Assembly (NCBI GenBank): GCA_965203295.1
Contig: CBDBCZ010000011.1
Location: 608,001 to 672,000, forward strand
Length of the DNA: 64,000 nt
From: Nitrospirales bacterium
GTDB lineage: Bacteria; Nitrospirota; Nitrospiria; Nitrospirales; UBA8639
Direction of reading: 5' to 3'
In this document: in pieces, positions 33,674 to 55,565 of the stretch
Layout: the number at the start of each line of letters is the position of its first letter
Position numbering within the stretch: the first letter of the stretch is position 1
The notes under the pieces: generated by a model
Database searches by the model: none
Seen by the model: the letters and a program-made list of their open reading frames with translations, nothing else
What the model was told of the DNA's origin: nothing
Program-made: the position numbers and the translations under genes

Positions 33674-35292
33674 TATTATATACAGTCAGCCTACCACATG
33701 AGATCTTCCAGCCAAGAGTTTGTGAGCATACTGCCCAAATGCAGCTCCAGAATAACGAGCGAGAATAGCATACGGATATATAGGAGTGGATATATCACGT
33801 ATTAGGATGGTGATAACTGGCAGCTAATGAACTTTACCTGTGTTCAGAGTAACCGACCATTAGTTGCACGATTATATTGGCAACTGCCATTACCTACATG
33901 TACCTGTATAGTATACTGGACAACTATCAGTGTACGGTGTGTACCTGTATTTTTCAGTCTTTATTCTAGGGCTGTTTATCCACTTCTAAAATATGCTTTC
34001 TTAATGTAAATTTACCCCTGAAATGAGAACATCTCTCTATATACGTAGGACACTCTACCAGCTAGGTCCCCAAAGTGTCCACAATAGAGGGGTTCCACTG
34101 TATACACATGGACATGCATGTACCCGACCCACAGGTACATATACTGCACGCACACATGACATGTAATTTGCTGAGTGGGTCAACAAAGTCAGAAATACTA
34201 CACCGTGGTATGCAAGCCATATCCTACGGTATTCCAAGAGAATAGCACGCCAATTAATTTACACAAAAGACGCTTGTTCGCATATACAGTACGCTGTAGT
34301 TGTCCACAGCACACAGCAAGAAACCTGATGTTAATGACGCCATGTCTACTGGCAACAGCTTGGTCTTCTCGCCAGCTGTGCAGGTTCCCTACAGCCCTAC
34401 TTGCTCCACTCAGAGACACAACACTATCAGCCGCATACTGCCTAATTCTTATTGTCCTCCTCCTCCACTGTGAATTTCAGAATTGTATAATACGAAGCAC
34501 AGCCCAAACACGAGGTGAAAGCCTTCATGTGATTGCTCATCAAAGCAGGCGAATGGGATAAACAGTATTATGCTTTCTCATGTGGACAATCAACCTCAGC
34601 ACCTATACTGCATGTCTACATTGAAGGGCCTAACACAATTTACACAAACTCTCACTGTTGGTAAGGTGACACTCAGCACGAAGCACAGCCCAAACACGAG
34701 GTGATTAGATTTGAAGCCTTCCTGTGTTTGCTTTCATCAAGCAGGCTAATGGAGTATACATGTATAGCCAAGCGATCCCTCTGAAGTAGCTCAAACAGAA
34801 ATGCCTACAAGTAGCTTGGGTATTCACATTCAATGTTTGTATACTCAGGATTTCAGTTCTCTTTGAAGGCTTTTCAGCCGCTACCAACACTTCTGCAGCA
34901 ATTTAATCCAATTACCGATTATCATCTGTGTTTGTAGCTACATGGTTGCTGTCTACATGGCTGTCTAAAGAAGCATGTCTACTATATACACATTGTGTAT
35001 GTCAAGGGCCAAATGTACAAACACACAATTACACACACTCTCACTGTTGGTGAGGTGACCCACAGCATGGGAAGCTTCCTGCTGCAGTCAACAGGGAAAC
35101 GTGGGAGCTGGCTTGTACAGGAAAGTGTTCATTGTGAGAAGGAGTATTTCAAGAGATGCAAACATGGAAAGTGACCAAAAACAGCACGATTGAGAATCAG
35201 GTTTTCCCAAGGACTTTAATAACCGTCACAGCACCACTGACTCCAATGCTGACAAGCAATGGACACGTACATGCATGTCCATGATCATAATA

Positions 35293-35489
35293 CAATGGAA
35301 CCCCTCTAATGCATGTGGACACCATGGGGACCTGGTGGAGGGTCCTGTATAGAGAGGTGTCTTCATTTCAAGGGCAAATCTATTTATATTAAGAATGCAT
35401 ACTTGGTTCATACATGTAGGAAAGTGTCGTTAATACATGTACATGTAGTGTCCTTATTTCAGGGGTGCCCTTTAAGAGGGGTTTCACTG
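35293..35489. mobile_element. CAGTGGAACC-family MITE copy
   Basis: TA|CAATGGAACCCCTCT ... AGAGGGGTTTCACTG. Confidence 0.75.
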
Positions 35490-38400
35490 AATATCGGTGG
35501 TGGGCTCATTAACCTTCACGTTCACATCATACCCAGAGGTAGGATTGTACTTGGGGAAAGGCAGGAATGCAGAATTAGGCATATATTGCATATTTTTTCT
35601 TGAGACCCTGCACACGATACATTTATATGCAAACACTTGGGCATACACATACATGGGGAGAAAGAGCGTAGGGAGTACACTTTTTGTTCCCAGTGTACTT
35701 TACCAATTAATGGGGAGAAAGAGCGTACCCCCTACGCTCTTTCTCCCCAGAGTGGTGGGAGTGAAAGCTCAAATAGCGTGAAACTGTATGGAACCACATA
35801 CATGTAGTTAGCTTGGATAGAATCTACAATCAGTACATGTAAGTCCTCCAAGCCTTACCCCCACACAATACGTACTTGAACTAAGGCCTCCTTCACCCTG
35901 GCAATGGAAACGTGTACACAATCACCCCATTGTTGCCCCTCTCGCCCTTGGCAGGGCCACAGCTTGAGGGTAACCCAAACACAAACGCCTATATGATTAC
36001 CGATTGCAGCTGAATTGCCAGCCAATGATTTCGATGAGGGAGGACCAAACAGACGCACAGCCAGTCACAACTTTTGCCCCCTGCCTCGCAAAAGGTGGGA
36101 AAACATCAAATAAATTTGCGTAGCAGCACATCATAGAAGATTTGATTGGCAGTTGCATAGCATACTCAAAAAAGTGAAATGCGTTATAAATAAATTTCAC
36201 AGGAAATCTGGTATTTCAGGTAGAGGGTAGTATAGGACATGGCAGAATTTCATGATTTCAAAAGAAATTCAGCCCTATATCTTATGCACCCTGTACCTAA
36301 AATGCCAGATTTCCTGTCAGTTTCCTTGCAACGATTTCAGGAAATTCCACTTTTTTTCCTGTATGTATGAGTTGCAACCACAGCTACAGGTCTGTACATG
36401 TAGATGAACTCTCTTTCAATCGCCTGCCAGGACTATATACCTCCATTCTTCATACAAAAAGAATTAAAGAAAGCACAGAAGTATATTTTTCACATCTCAG
36501 CGTTCTAGCTAAAGAGTGGAAGAGTGGTGCTCCACCGCTCTTAAGTATACAATTTTCTTTGATGTGGTTGAAAGAATGTAATTAAACTACAGCCATGCTT
36601 TGATCTCTGAGAAAGCACCGCTCTTTGTGATTGTCTCTGGCTAGAACACTGCATCTCTACATCATTATGTGCTTCTGAACAGACTCACTACCACAGTGAC
36701 TGATTGCTAACTCGCATGAGAAACTCCCCCCCGCCTCATCCGCTCCCAGACCCCAAGTTTACCCCGCTCTCCCCACATTTGTCAGATCTCCCATGCAAGC
36801 ATTTACCAAAACTAGCTGTCAGAGGGTCACCCTCAAAGGAGGCCAGCCGCACTGAGAGGGCCTCTGTTGGGACACTGCACAACTTGGAACGTTAGCCAAG
36901 GCCACAAAAGGGGAGGCAGCTGGATGACACCCACTCACGAGCTAATTGAGCAATACATATGCGGCAGTCGGAGGGATTATTAAGCACAACATCCATACAG
37001 AGTGGAGCTCAAACATGCAAAATCTACTCTCTTGCTCCGGAGCACTGTATATTGTTGACGTATGTGGCAGTCCGAGGTAGATAATTCTGCTGTGTAAGTC
37101 AATTGCGTGCACGCAGAACTTTAAACTTCCATTAACCGATGATACAGGATATAGACGCAAATATGTGTCAGGAAGTGGTTTGTGCGCTTTTTAGGTCGTG
37201 CTTTCGCATAGAACTGCCTGGATTGAACGCTAAATGCTCTGCATATACAGTACGGTTACCCAGCTTTGAACCCAAGCCACGAGACTTTTTTTTTCACAAT
37301 TATTGTAAAACTTTTTTTTTTGGAATGCCACGCACAATTGGTTTAGGGTATGCAGGATTTATACATTTATTCTCTGCATCTGTACGGGTGTGTTTACCAC
37401 AATAATCTGCTTTGAGGGTGTGTCATCAATGCACTGGGGTGAGGCAATGGAGTGATTACTCAATTTCCACCGTTTGGGGGCAGGTAGCTATGAATTCTTC
37501 TGCTTCATTAGGCTTTGCTTGGCAACACTCGAAATCGAAGACTACATATACAACTGCACACAGCTGTTTCACCCTTATTGTTCCAGTGTAGTACATACCT
37601 GACCTACCAGCAAGTGTGTAATGCATGTGTAATGCATGTGTAAACAACTGACTAACTGTGATGTCATCGATCATTACCTGTCCTTGTCTACTAGTTTCTA
37701 TGGTTTCAGTTCTGACACTTAATGTTCTGTTAGTGCGACTTTTTTTTGTGGCTGTTACTGTTGTCCTGTCTGTATCAGTCGTGTTGTACATATTTTATTC
37801 AGTGCGTTAAGATACGGGGAACTGCATGTACCCTAGTGAAATAGGCTACTTGAGAGTGACTAGGCAACTAAATAAGAACACCCATTGGAACAGGTATATA
37901 CTGCACATTTTACAGCTACAGCAGGTAGGCTGCTGTGTATAGGTGATCTCATTCTCAAATCACTTTTAGGCTTTGCCTGCTCAAATCACTTTTAGGCTTT
38001 GCCTGCTCAAATCACTTTTAGGTTTTGCCTGGACACAAGATTAATCTATTGCTAGGTTCCACTCTACAGCTTCGACCTTTCACACAGCGTAAAAAAAAAC
38101 CTCTCCACTTTTTCGTACTGCAAACAGTGTAAATGACAAAATCTGGGGAGGAGGTCGATCGGGATTAAGCTATTTGGAATATGCATACACATCCACCCTT
38201 TCCTCCTGCAGGTAATTTTTGTGATTGAGGAAGTGTATATACAGTGTGTGCACTTGCTTGTAGCTATTAAAGCATGTAAATGTTTTTGTGATTGAGGAAG
38301 TGTATATACAGTGTGTGCACTCGCTTGTAGCTATTAAAGCATGTAAATGTAGCTATCTATTATTACACATGTAAATATCCCATAGCAGAACAGACTATCA

Positions 38401-38791
38401 GTGGAGTAATCAATGCTTAGATCATCACCAACAACCAACGACACCTATATAGTTGTAACTATGGAAACTTTGTAGAGTTCCATTCCTGCAGTATATATAA
38501 TTACACTTTAGGAGAAGCCCTTGCCATGCTCACTTAAAGCAGGAGATCCTGTTACAATGCCCTGGAGCCAGCTGGTCCACAGGAGTTGCCTGGTGAATAC
38601 CAGTCTATGCATGTTAGCAGAGTGGAAGCAATCTTGCTACATTTTTAGGGTGCGAGAATAATTGGGAGGGGAATGAATTTAAGGGTTTGTTAAGACTGGT
38701 TAAGAGTTTTATACTACATGTATATTAATCTGGGATACTAGGAAGAAGAAATTACATACATGTATATATATGGCAATCAGGATGGCACTGG

Positions 38792-39429
38792 TTAATTGCC
38801 GAGCGCAGCGAGGCCAATAATCGCGACATACGGGCTCAGAATCTCAGCTAGCGTTTATATATATATATATATATATGTATGTATATATATATGTATGTAT
38901 ATCTGTGTGTCACGCTCCCCGGCCCCCGGGGCAAGCCACGAGTTCAAAATGGCGTCTCGCGCAGTTTAGCGGATGCCGTCTTCAAACTCTTGGTGCAGAA
39001 GCAGGCAGAGATCTGGACAAGTCTACTACACAGTTTTATCAAGTAAGGCTTACTACAGCTCCTAGGTTAGTACAGTTTGTGTAGCCGCTCTGTAAGCAGA
39101 GGTACGAGGGCTAGAGACGGATGGCACGATCGAGCGATAAGAAAGCAAGTTTTACGTAGCATGTCTGCTCTCTGGTGGGTGCTGAGGCTGTTCCTTGGGA
39201 AAATGCTGTAGATATAGATATCATTCGCCTGGATGCCAGTCGTTTTGACATAGCTACTAGCCTAGCAGCCGCTTCAGCTAGCCTGTTATTCTTGCGACTT
39301 GCTTAGTCGCGAAAATAGTCGCCCCCGGCCCCACGCGTATTCGGGGGGGCAGTGCCCCGGTATCTAGCCCGGGGGGCCCCGGCGGTACGATGATGTCAGC
39401 GAGGCATAGTGCGCTTGCGTATACCTAGT
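38792..39429 (+). mobile_element. Helitron/Helentron-like non-autonomous element
   Basis: Starts TTAATTGCCGAGCGCAGCGAGG, has an internal (TA)n tract, is CpG-rich and ends ...GCGCTTGCGTATAC-CTAG-T. A diverged relative lies at ~58430-58800. The classification is inferred from structure. Confidence 0.6.
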
Positions 39430-40638
39430 TAAATATCTGATTGCTCTTGCTCTTGTCCTCTGACTGGAGATCTTACAAGCTCCACCTGCGTTTGTGGGTG
39501 TGCGTTTAATGGTTTAGTGGCGTAAGTGCTATGGCAGAAACATGAGTATATTAGCTTACTAGCCGTGCAACAGGAACAGCAACAGCCCTGAGTATCTCTA
39601 AAGCATGTGTGCATAACCTGTTCTATTTTCAACACTGTCAGTTTTGTGTCTTGAGACGAAAACTGCTAAAGCCTCTGACATCTGTACAGTTTTGCATGCA
39701 TTGTGTACACAGCTATAGTGACCATTTCCCAACAGCGGGAAGAAAAATTATGTTGCACATTTATACATGTATGATCTGCACACTGAGACTTGTCTTACTG
39801 GGTGGAGGTAGTACATGTATCTGATACTAACTCAGAACATTCCCTAAGTGGATCCAGTATCGTGACAGATAGCCAATACCCCAGGTGTCTACACGACCAC
39901 TTGTTTATGCAAGATTGTACAAATCAGAGCATCACCTAATTCATTCTTGCTGAATATTGCTTCGGCTTCCTGTAATGGTTCTTTCTAAAAAAAGTAGCAT
40001 ACAGGTATATGGTGCATTATGATTATTACCAAATTTACAGTGCATAAAAATTTTTTGTGTATGCACTCTTGTCATTACACATGTATTTATGGCTAGCTAA
40101 AACTCAGGTGTGCAATATCTTTATATAAATAACGTGTGCACTGTCAATCTGTTTTTGAGTAAATACACTCGCTGAAGACTGGATAGAGAGACTTCTCACC
40201 AATAAACTCGCGGGTTTGAACTAGTCTTGCAGCTTAAATTTAGGCCTGTATACAGTAAGTAGGACATTAGGCTATGTAATGCTTTTACAACACATACACT
40301 CGCTGTAATTTTGGTGGCAGTGACTCGAAAACAGGTAATTGATCCTCAAAAGCTTGCCCTGGGAGAAAGAATGTCAAATGTGCTTGCTATCCATACAGAC
40401 AAATTGAGCTGAAACTGATATACATGGGAAGGTATCAGATTACGAATACCTCAAATACAACCAGTAATAAGATTACCCATAGACAACACTACTATATAAA
40501 CATACTTGGTTTTTTCTACTGGACTACTGGCACCATCATTTGCTCAAATATGACATCTGATAATTACTTAACTATGTTGCAAACACAGCAGTTATTTCGT
40601 ACCTTCAGTATAACGGGTTGCTTATACAAAGGTTGTGT

Positions 40639-40721
40639 TAGCCTCGTTCCCAGGCTCTCTGTCCAGCTTTTTTTCGCACGTAGTAAAAAAAAGCTGGACA
40701 GAGAGCCTGGGAACGAGGCTA
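40639..40721. mobile_element. 83-bp palindromic element of the TAGCCTCGTTCCCAGGC family
   Basis: Perfect 36-bp inverted arms, flanked by duplicated GGTTGTGT. Confidence 0.85.
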
Positions 40722-41364
40722 GGGTTGTGTAACGTGTACCCATATAGTTCCAAGGTCCACACAAGTGCTATATATTGGCTACTGTGGGCCTTCTGATGCA
40801 CAGTAGAATGGTGGTAAAGTGCATGGGCAAGGAGAGTTGCAGTTTTGAGGTGATGAAAGTGATAATAGAACCCAACTACATGTAGCTGTTGTGACTGAGT
40901 ACTAAGATGGCGTTTCCAGAAAAAGAAATGGAGAAGCATAACAATATTGCAAAAGCACTCGATCAGGATGTACATGTATATGTAGGCAAAATGAAGGGGT
41001 ATACTATACTGTAAAGTGCACAGAATAGTGGTCCTACAAGTATTACTCACAGCAAGGTACCAATAGCTTTTAGGGTTGAGCCTCAGCAGAGCAAGATCAG
41101 TTTGTACAATGTACATGCACACACACACACTGAGAGCTGCTCCATTTTCAGATTAGCATCTAAGATTCTTGTAACTGCACAAATAGTGGATACCAGATGT
41201 TCCTGCATTTGTTAGGGCAGTTCCTCCATTAGTGTGGGCTAAGGTCATAGAGTCAGCCAGAGAAAAAAGCAACTAGTAAGGATTTTAGAAAGGAAGCGCC
41301 CTATACAAGCCCTGGCACTAGTGTATCCAAACACACACCACAAGCATCAGTTCCCTTGGGAGTA

Positions 41365-41542
41365 CAGTGGAACCCTGAATAAAGGACACTCCAGAAATAA
41401 AGATACATCTGTATTAAGGACAACTTTTTCTGTGTCCCAAATACGCTTTCTTAATGTAAATGTACCCCTGAAATGAAGACACCTTTCTACACAGGACATT
41501 TCTCCAGGTCCCCAGGGTGTCCATATAAGAGGGGTTTCATTG
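41365..41542. mobile_element. CAGTGGAACC-family MITE copy
   Basis: TA|CAGTGGAACCC ... GGGGTTTCATTG|TA. Confidence 0.75.
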
Positions 41543-41549
41543 TATCACA

Positions 41550-41888
41550 ATAGAGAGTTTTCACGTGTCGTCACAGATCACGTGCTCCAGCTCCAGTATA
41601 TCCGTGTCACGTTCCGTTTATACCCGTTTTTGCCCAACTTGCGTGGGCGACTAGATTGGCACGTTATACAGCAATCTCAGAAACAAGAGCTGCTGGGAAC
41701 TTACGAGTTCAGTATCTCAACTATCGCTGTAAGTCAGTTTTTAGGCGGGATAAATTGAGTGAATCTGCTGTCTAGACTACGAGAGTAACTCCAGTCTTTA
41801 AGTGTATGGCTATGTACGTTTGCTGCCCACCAAAATGGCGTCCTGGCAACAGTTGTGACATAAGATGATGTCAATGAAAACTCTCTAT
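41550..41888. mobile_element. ATAGAGAGTTTTCA MITE (copy 2, inverted relative to 21664-21997)
   Basis: TIRs plus reverse-complement similarity to copy 1. Confidence 0.88.
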
Positions 41889-42386
41889 AGCAATGCATAC
41901 TGGTTGCTGCCCAACACTGCATGCTTACAGTGCAACCGCAAGGCTCAGCTGTGGATCAGCCAGTAGACTGTTGCTTTGTTCAACAGCTAAGACAAGAGGG
42001 TTGCACAGCCACTTGCTCGAGATACGTCATAGAACAAGTACATACACATGTCACATGACAGAATACCCAACACCTACAAAGAGGGTTCTGACCACAAACC
42101 TTGTATATTTCTTGTTACCCAAAACTTGTATATCTGCACATGTAATACAAGCACTTTTGGCAGGGCTATCACAGCACATCAAAGGCATAGTATACACCTT
42201 GTACATGACTAATACAAGGTGTCATCTAGCACTTCACAATCTCAATTAATTAGAGGAAGAAGAGGTGCTGGAGACTTACAGGTTGTGCATGGGTGAGAAT
42301 GGGGTGCTAGTAAGGACACATTAACACAAAACCCAGTCACTAAGCACCTGGACTACTCAAAATAGTTGTCTAGTTACCAGGTACAA

Positions 42387-42580
42387 GGCTAGCAAAGGAA
42401 CTCGAGGACTGGGTGCGAGGCTAGCAAAGGAACTTGAGGATTGGGTGCGAGGCTAGCAAAGGAACTTGAGGACTGGGTGCGAGGCTAGCAAAGGAACTTG
42501 AGGACTGGGTGCGAGGCTAGCAAAGGAACTTGAGGACTGGGTGCGAGGCTAGCAAAGGAACTTGAGGACTGGGTACGAGG
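42387..42580. repeat. 32-bp tandem repeat, 6 copies
   Basis: Unit GGCTAGCAAAGGAACTTGAGGACTGGGTGCGA. Confidence 0.95.
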
Positions 42581-43121
42581 TCAAGTATGACACTTTTTGG
42601 TTAAGTTAGTTATTAGATACACACCAAGTCACCACAACAAGTAAAAACATGCTTTATCTCCTGCACATCTGTTTAAATGAAGACTCTTCCTATCCACTAT
42701 GTATGACCATAGCCCGAGCTATAGCCTTATACTAGCCTCGTACCCAGACCTAATACCGCTATACTACAGGCGGGAAATAGCGAATGACGGTATGTATAAA
42801 TTATTCGCTATATTCATATACTACTATGATTATAACTAATCGACTTAACAGATAGCAAGTAATGCGATTTACGCTGTCGAAAGGGTACTGCGTCTTTCTA
42901 CAGCGGGCTTTGGGAAAAGCGTAAAATACCACAGCAAAGGAAATGGAATGTTATTGCACAGTTGGACTAGCAAAGCACGAGTACTCAGACTCACCAGGTT
43001 ATTAATGCTGGCTCAGGGACGCGACTTGCAGAGCTGTTCCACTTCGCTGCAATCCAACTAGCCCAGCCTCAGTTACATATTTACCCGAGAGAACTTCTCA
43101 CTTGAAGTTTGCGAAAAAGTT

Positions 43122-43164
43122 CACTTCCGGTTAATTTCGGAACAAGAAATTGGTAATGACGTCA
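43122..43164 (-). promoter_or_regulatory. Candidate promoter (ETS site plus CRE) for a minus-strand transcript
   Basis: CACTTCCGG (43122-43130) and TGACGTCA (43157-43164) in a CpG-enriched patch; consensus donor CTG|GTGAGT at 42995/42994 on the minus strand. Confidence 0.4.
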
Positions 43165-43688
43165 CAGCAATTTCGTCTTCAAAACCCATAATCGAAACAA
43201 GTTTTTTTTCATTCACACACACACACACACCTATAGCAGCTTTTACTCGCATCCTGCAGGTTCTAGATCTGTCTACTGGGGATAGATTCTCCCTCCAAAA
43301 GTTCTAGCAAAATTATAGGATTTGACAGGAGCAAGTGTACCACTCTGTAACCATAGATAATATAATAATATTATGCTGAACACTACAGCTACTAGGACCT
43401 CAAAACTGTCTCAGATCGAATTAAAAACCACTCAGGAGGCTCAAACATTTGGTGGTGGTGGGGGGGGGGGGGGGGGGTGCGCCCTTAAACTAATAATCCT
43501 GGATAGAACCCTTACCACAGCAAACATAGATAGCTAGTTGTCAACAAAACAGGACTCAAAATAAAAGGAAGCTTTGTACAATTATGGAGCGGGTGTGTAC
43601 AGTCATTGCAGTTTTATACTTGTATTGAAATAATAATGCTATCATAGACAGTTTACTATCTATGATGTTATAATAAAGGAAGAGCAGC

Positions 43689-46933
<3,245 letters not shown>

Positions 46934-47977
46934 CTCTGGTTACTATGATGCGGAGGAGGGGAGACAAGTCGTTAGAGACAGTACATTAGCATGTACATTT
47001 GTATTGGGAATGCACGTGCATGCCCACTCGTGAATAGCTTGAAAATGAGGAACAGTACTATAGCCAGCTCTAATCCCTGGAACGGTTAGCTCCTAGCCGC
47101 TAGCCAAACCCTAACCCAACCCTAAAAATAAATGGATGCTAACATACTGTCTCTAACGAAAATGGAGTAGAGGAGACTGCTGAGTTACATGTATGTATGT
47201 AGCGCTGGTTTGTGTGAAACTGCTTCCAGCGAAGATGTACGATTTCTTGCGAGTTACCAAGACATGTCAGCTGTAAAACAAAGATTAATTATGAGACTGG
47301 TGCTATAGACTTCACTGTGAGAACACAGTCGTAGTCTATACAGGTAGGTATTTTTCACCCGTGTGCATGAAGGAATTAATGCTAAAATGGCAGAAGCAAA
47401 AGAATACAGGCGAAATGCAATGCAGCGACCACAGCCTGCTAGTTGCCCTCCAAGAGGTGTGGTCACCCACTCCGCCCATCTATTGACATTTCTTTGCACA
47501 CGAGAGCAAAATTTATACATGTATTTTACTCTATGTAGGTTTTATTTGCTGCAGACTTTGAGCCCTGCGGAGCTAGTCTGCTGAGCACTGAGTATTGCTG
47601 ACCCACTGGACAAATTATTAGAAGCCAGCAGTGGGAAGAGCTCTGGCTGAGAGTGCAATAAAACCTCTGCACTCCAGTACAGTACGCTGAAGGACTCCAT
47701 GATTCGTGAAGGGACATCATAGCTTTGCTACACACATCAACATTTAATACAACCATTCCCACTCGCTATAAAGGAGAAAGCACTATATGACAATGACAGA
47801 AAGCTACTGTCCCCTAACTTCAATTTGAATTCCCGTATACATACACAAGTCTTATCTTATAAACTTACTGGAGCCTTTCTGCGACTGAATCTAGCGATAT
47901 AACATGCCCTCGACGTGATATTCTACCTAATGCGCACTGCAGAAAAAAGTCACGTGCGCACGTGCTCTAGAGTAAAG
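46934..47977. promoter_or_regulatory. Probable bidirectional promoter region between CRNKL1 and U2SURP
   Basis: Divergent start codons ~1.04 kb apart; tandem E-boxes CACGTG-CG-CACGTG at 47951-47964. Confidence 0.6.
46970..47158. mobile_element. 189-bp inverted-repeat element just upstream of the CRNKL1 ATG
   Basis: CGTTAGAGACAGTACATTAGCAT versus ATGCTAACATACTGTCTCTAACG (21 of 23 complementary); internal CCCTAACCC motif. Confidence 0.65.
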
Positions 47978-54284
<6,307 letters not shown>

Positions 54285-55132
54285 TAACTAGAATACCCAA
54301 TTTCGGATGATTAATAGTTTCATTCGAAAGTGGAGTAACCAGAACATCCGATTTCAGTCGAGAATGTTATATCATCCAAAGTGGATCAACCAAAACATCC
54401 AAATGTGGATGTCTTGAGTGCAGTGCAGTTCCCTATAAAGTTCAAAAATCACCCAAAAGTGGATGCCCAGTTTATTCACAATATTATGGTCGAATCATCC
54501 AATTTTGGATGTTTTCGTAGCTAAGGAAACTTCTAAATTTTGGAATTCGACAATACCTGGTGTGTGTACGGCTCAAAGCATTAGGCTGGTATTGTGTTTA
54601 AGCTACTATTTATCTAATGGATAGCCAAAGCCTGAAAGCAGACACTTTCAAGGTGCGGCGCTATTACTTTACAGGCTGCAATGCAGATAATAGATATACG
54701 TTACATGCTCCACAGTCAAGTTTGGAGCATTTAACCAACATTGGTGACATTTTTTAAACATTATGCAGTTGTTCACCACAGGAGTGATTCTGTAGATGCC
54801 ATGCGTAGCGTATGCGTAGCACAAGTGCAATGCAAGCGCATGTGTAATGCAACAAGCGTAATTATTACGTAATGTATTGCATTTGTTTATCTGTATGCAA
54901 GCGTGTAATGCGAGCCCAACGCAAGCTTGTAACGCAAGTGCATAATGTATAAGTATGCAACGCAAATGCTGCGCAAGCATTGCGTAAGTGCAACACTGTC
55001 AGTACTTATTTTATCGGTACTGTAGATGGCCTTGAACTATCGTATAGTGCCACTTTTATGGTTTTCATGGTTTTCACGAAATCGTCCTGGACCGTGAAAA
55101 TGTGACAGTACAGCATGGGTCTATATAATATT

Positions 55133-55535
55133 ATGTTTTGCAACGTTACTGAAACTACCTGCATCACACAAATCCATCTTCATTGTGAAAAACATTGTTT
55201 CTACAATTAGAAATTTTGAGTATCAAGATACAGAAAAATTGAAACTGGCACCATACATTTCAATGTCGTTATGAAACTAACAGTTAAATTGCATGTTGTG
55301 ATGAAGGATATATGTGTATAAGGCATCGCTGTAATATGTTTTGCAACGTTACTGAAACTACCTGCATCACACATAAATCCATCTTCATTGTGAAAACATT
55401 GTTTCTACAAATAGAAATTTTGAGTATCAAGATACAGAAAAATTGAAAATGGCACCATACATTTCAATGTCGTTATGAAACTAACAGTTAAATTGCATGT
55501 TGTGATGAAGGATAGTGTATAAGGCATCGCTGTAA
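55133..55535. repeat. ~203-bp tandem duplication downstream of paralog A
   Basis: ATGTTTTGCAACGTTACTG...AAGGCATCGCTGTAA occurs twice. Confidence 0.9.
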
Positions 55536-55565
55536 GGAATGTTATGACCACAGGAGAGTGTAACA

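Noticed and set aside
35711..35749. Hairpin TGGGGAGAAAGAGCGTA...TACGCTCTTTCTCCCCA as a terminator
   Set aside because: Intrinsic terminators do not apply to this eukaryotic context; it is more likely a collapsed TIR remnant, with a third arm at ~35654.
47109..47124. CCCTAA-like telomeric motifs
   Set aside because: There are only 2-3 imperfect units inside an interspersed element, not a telomeric array.
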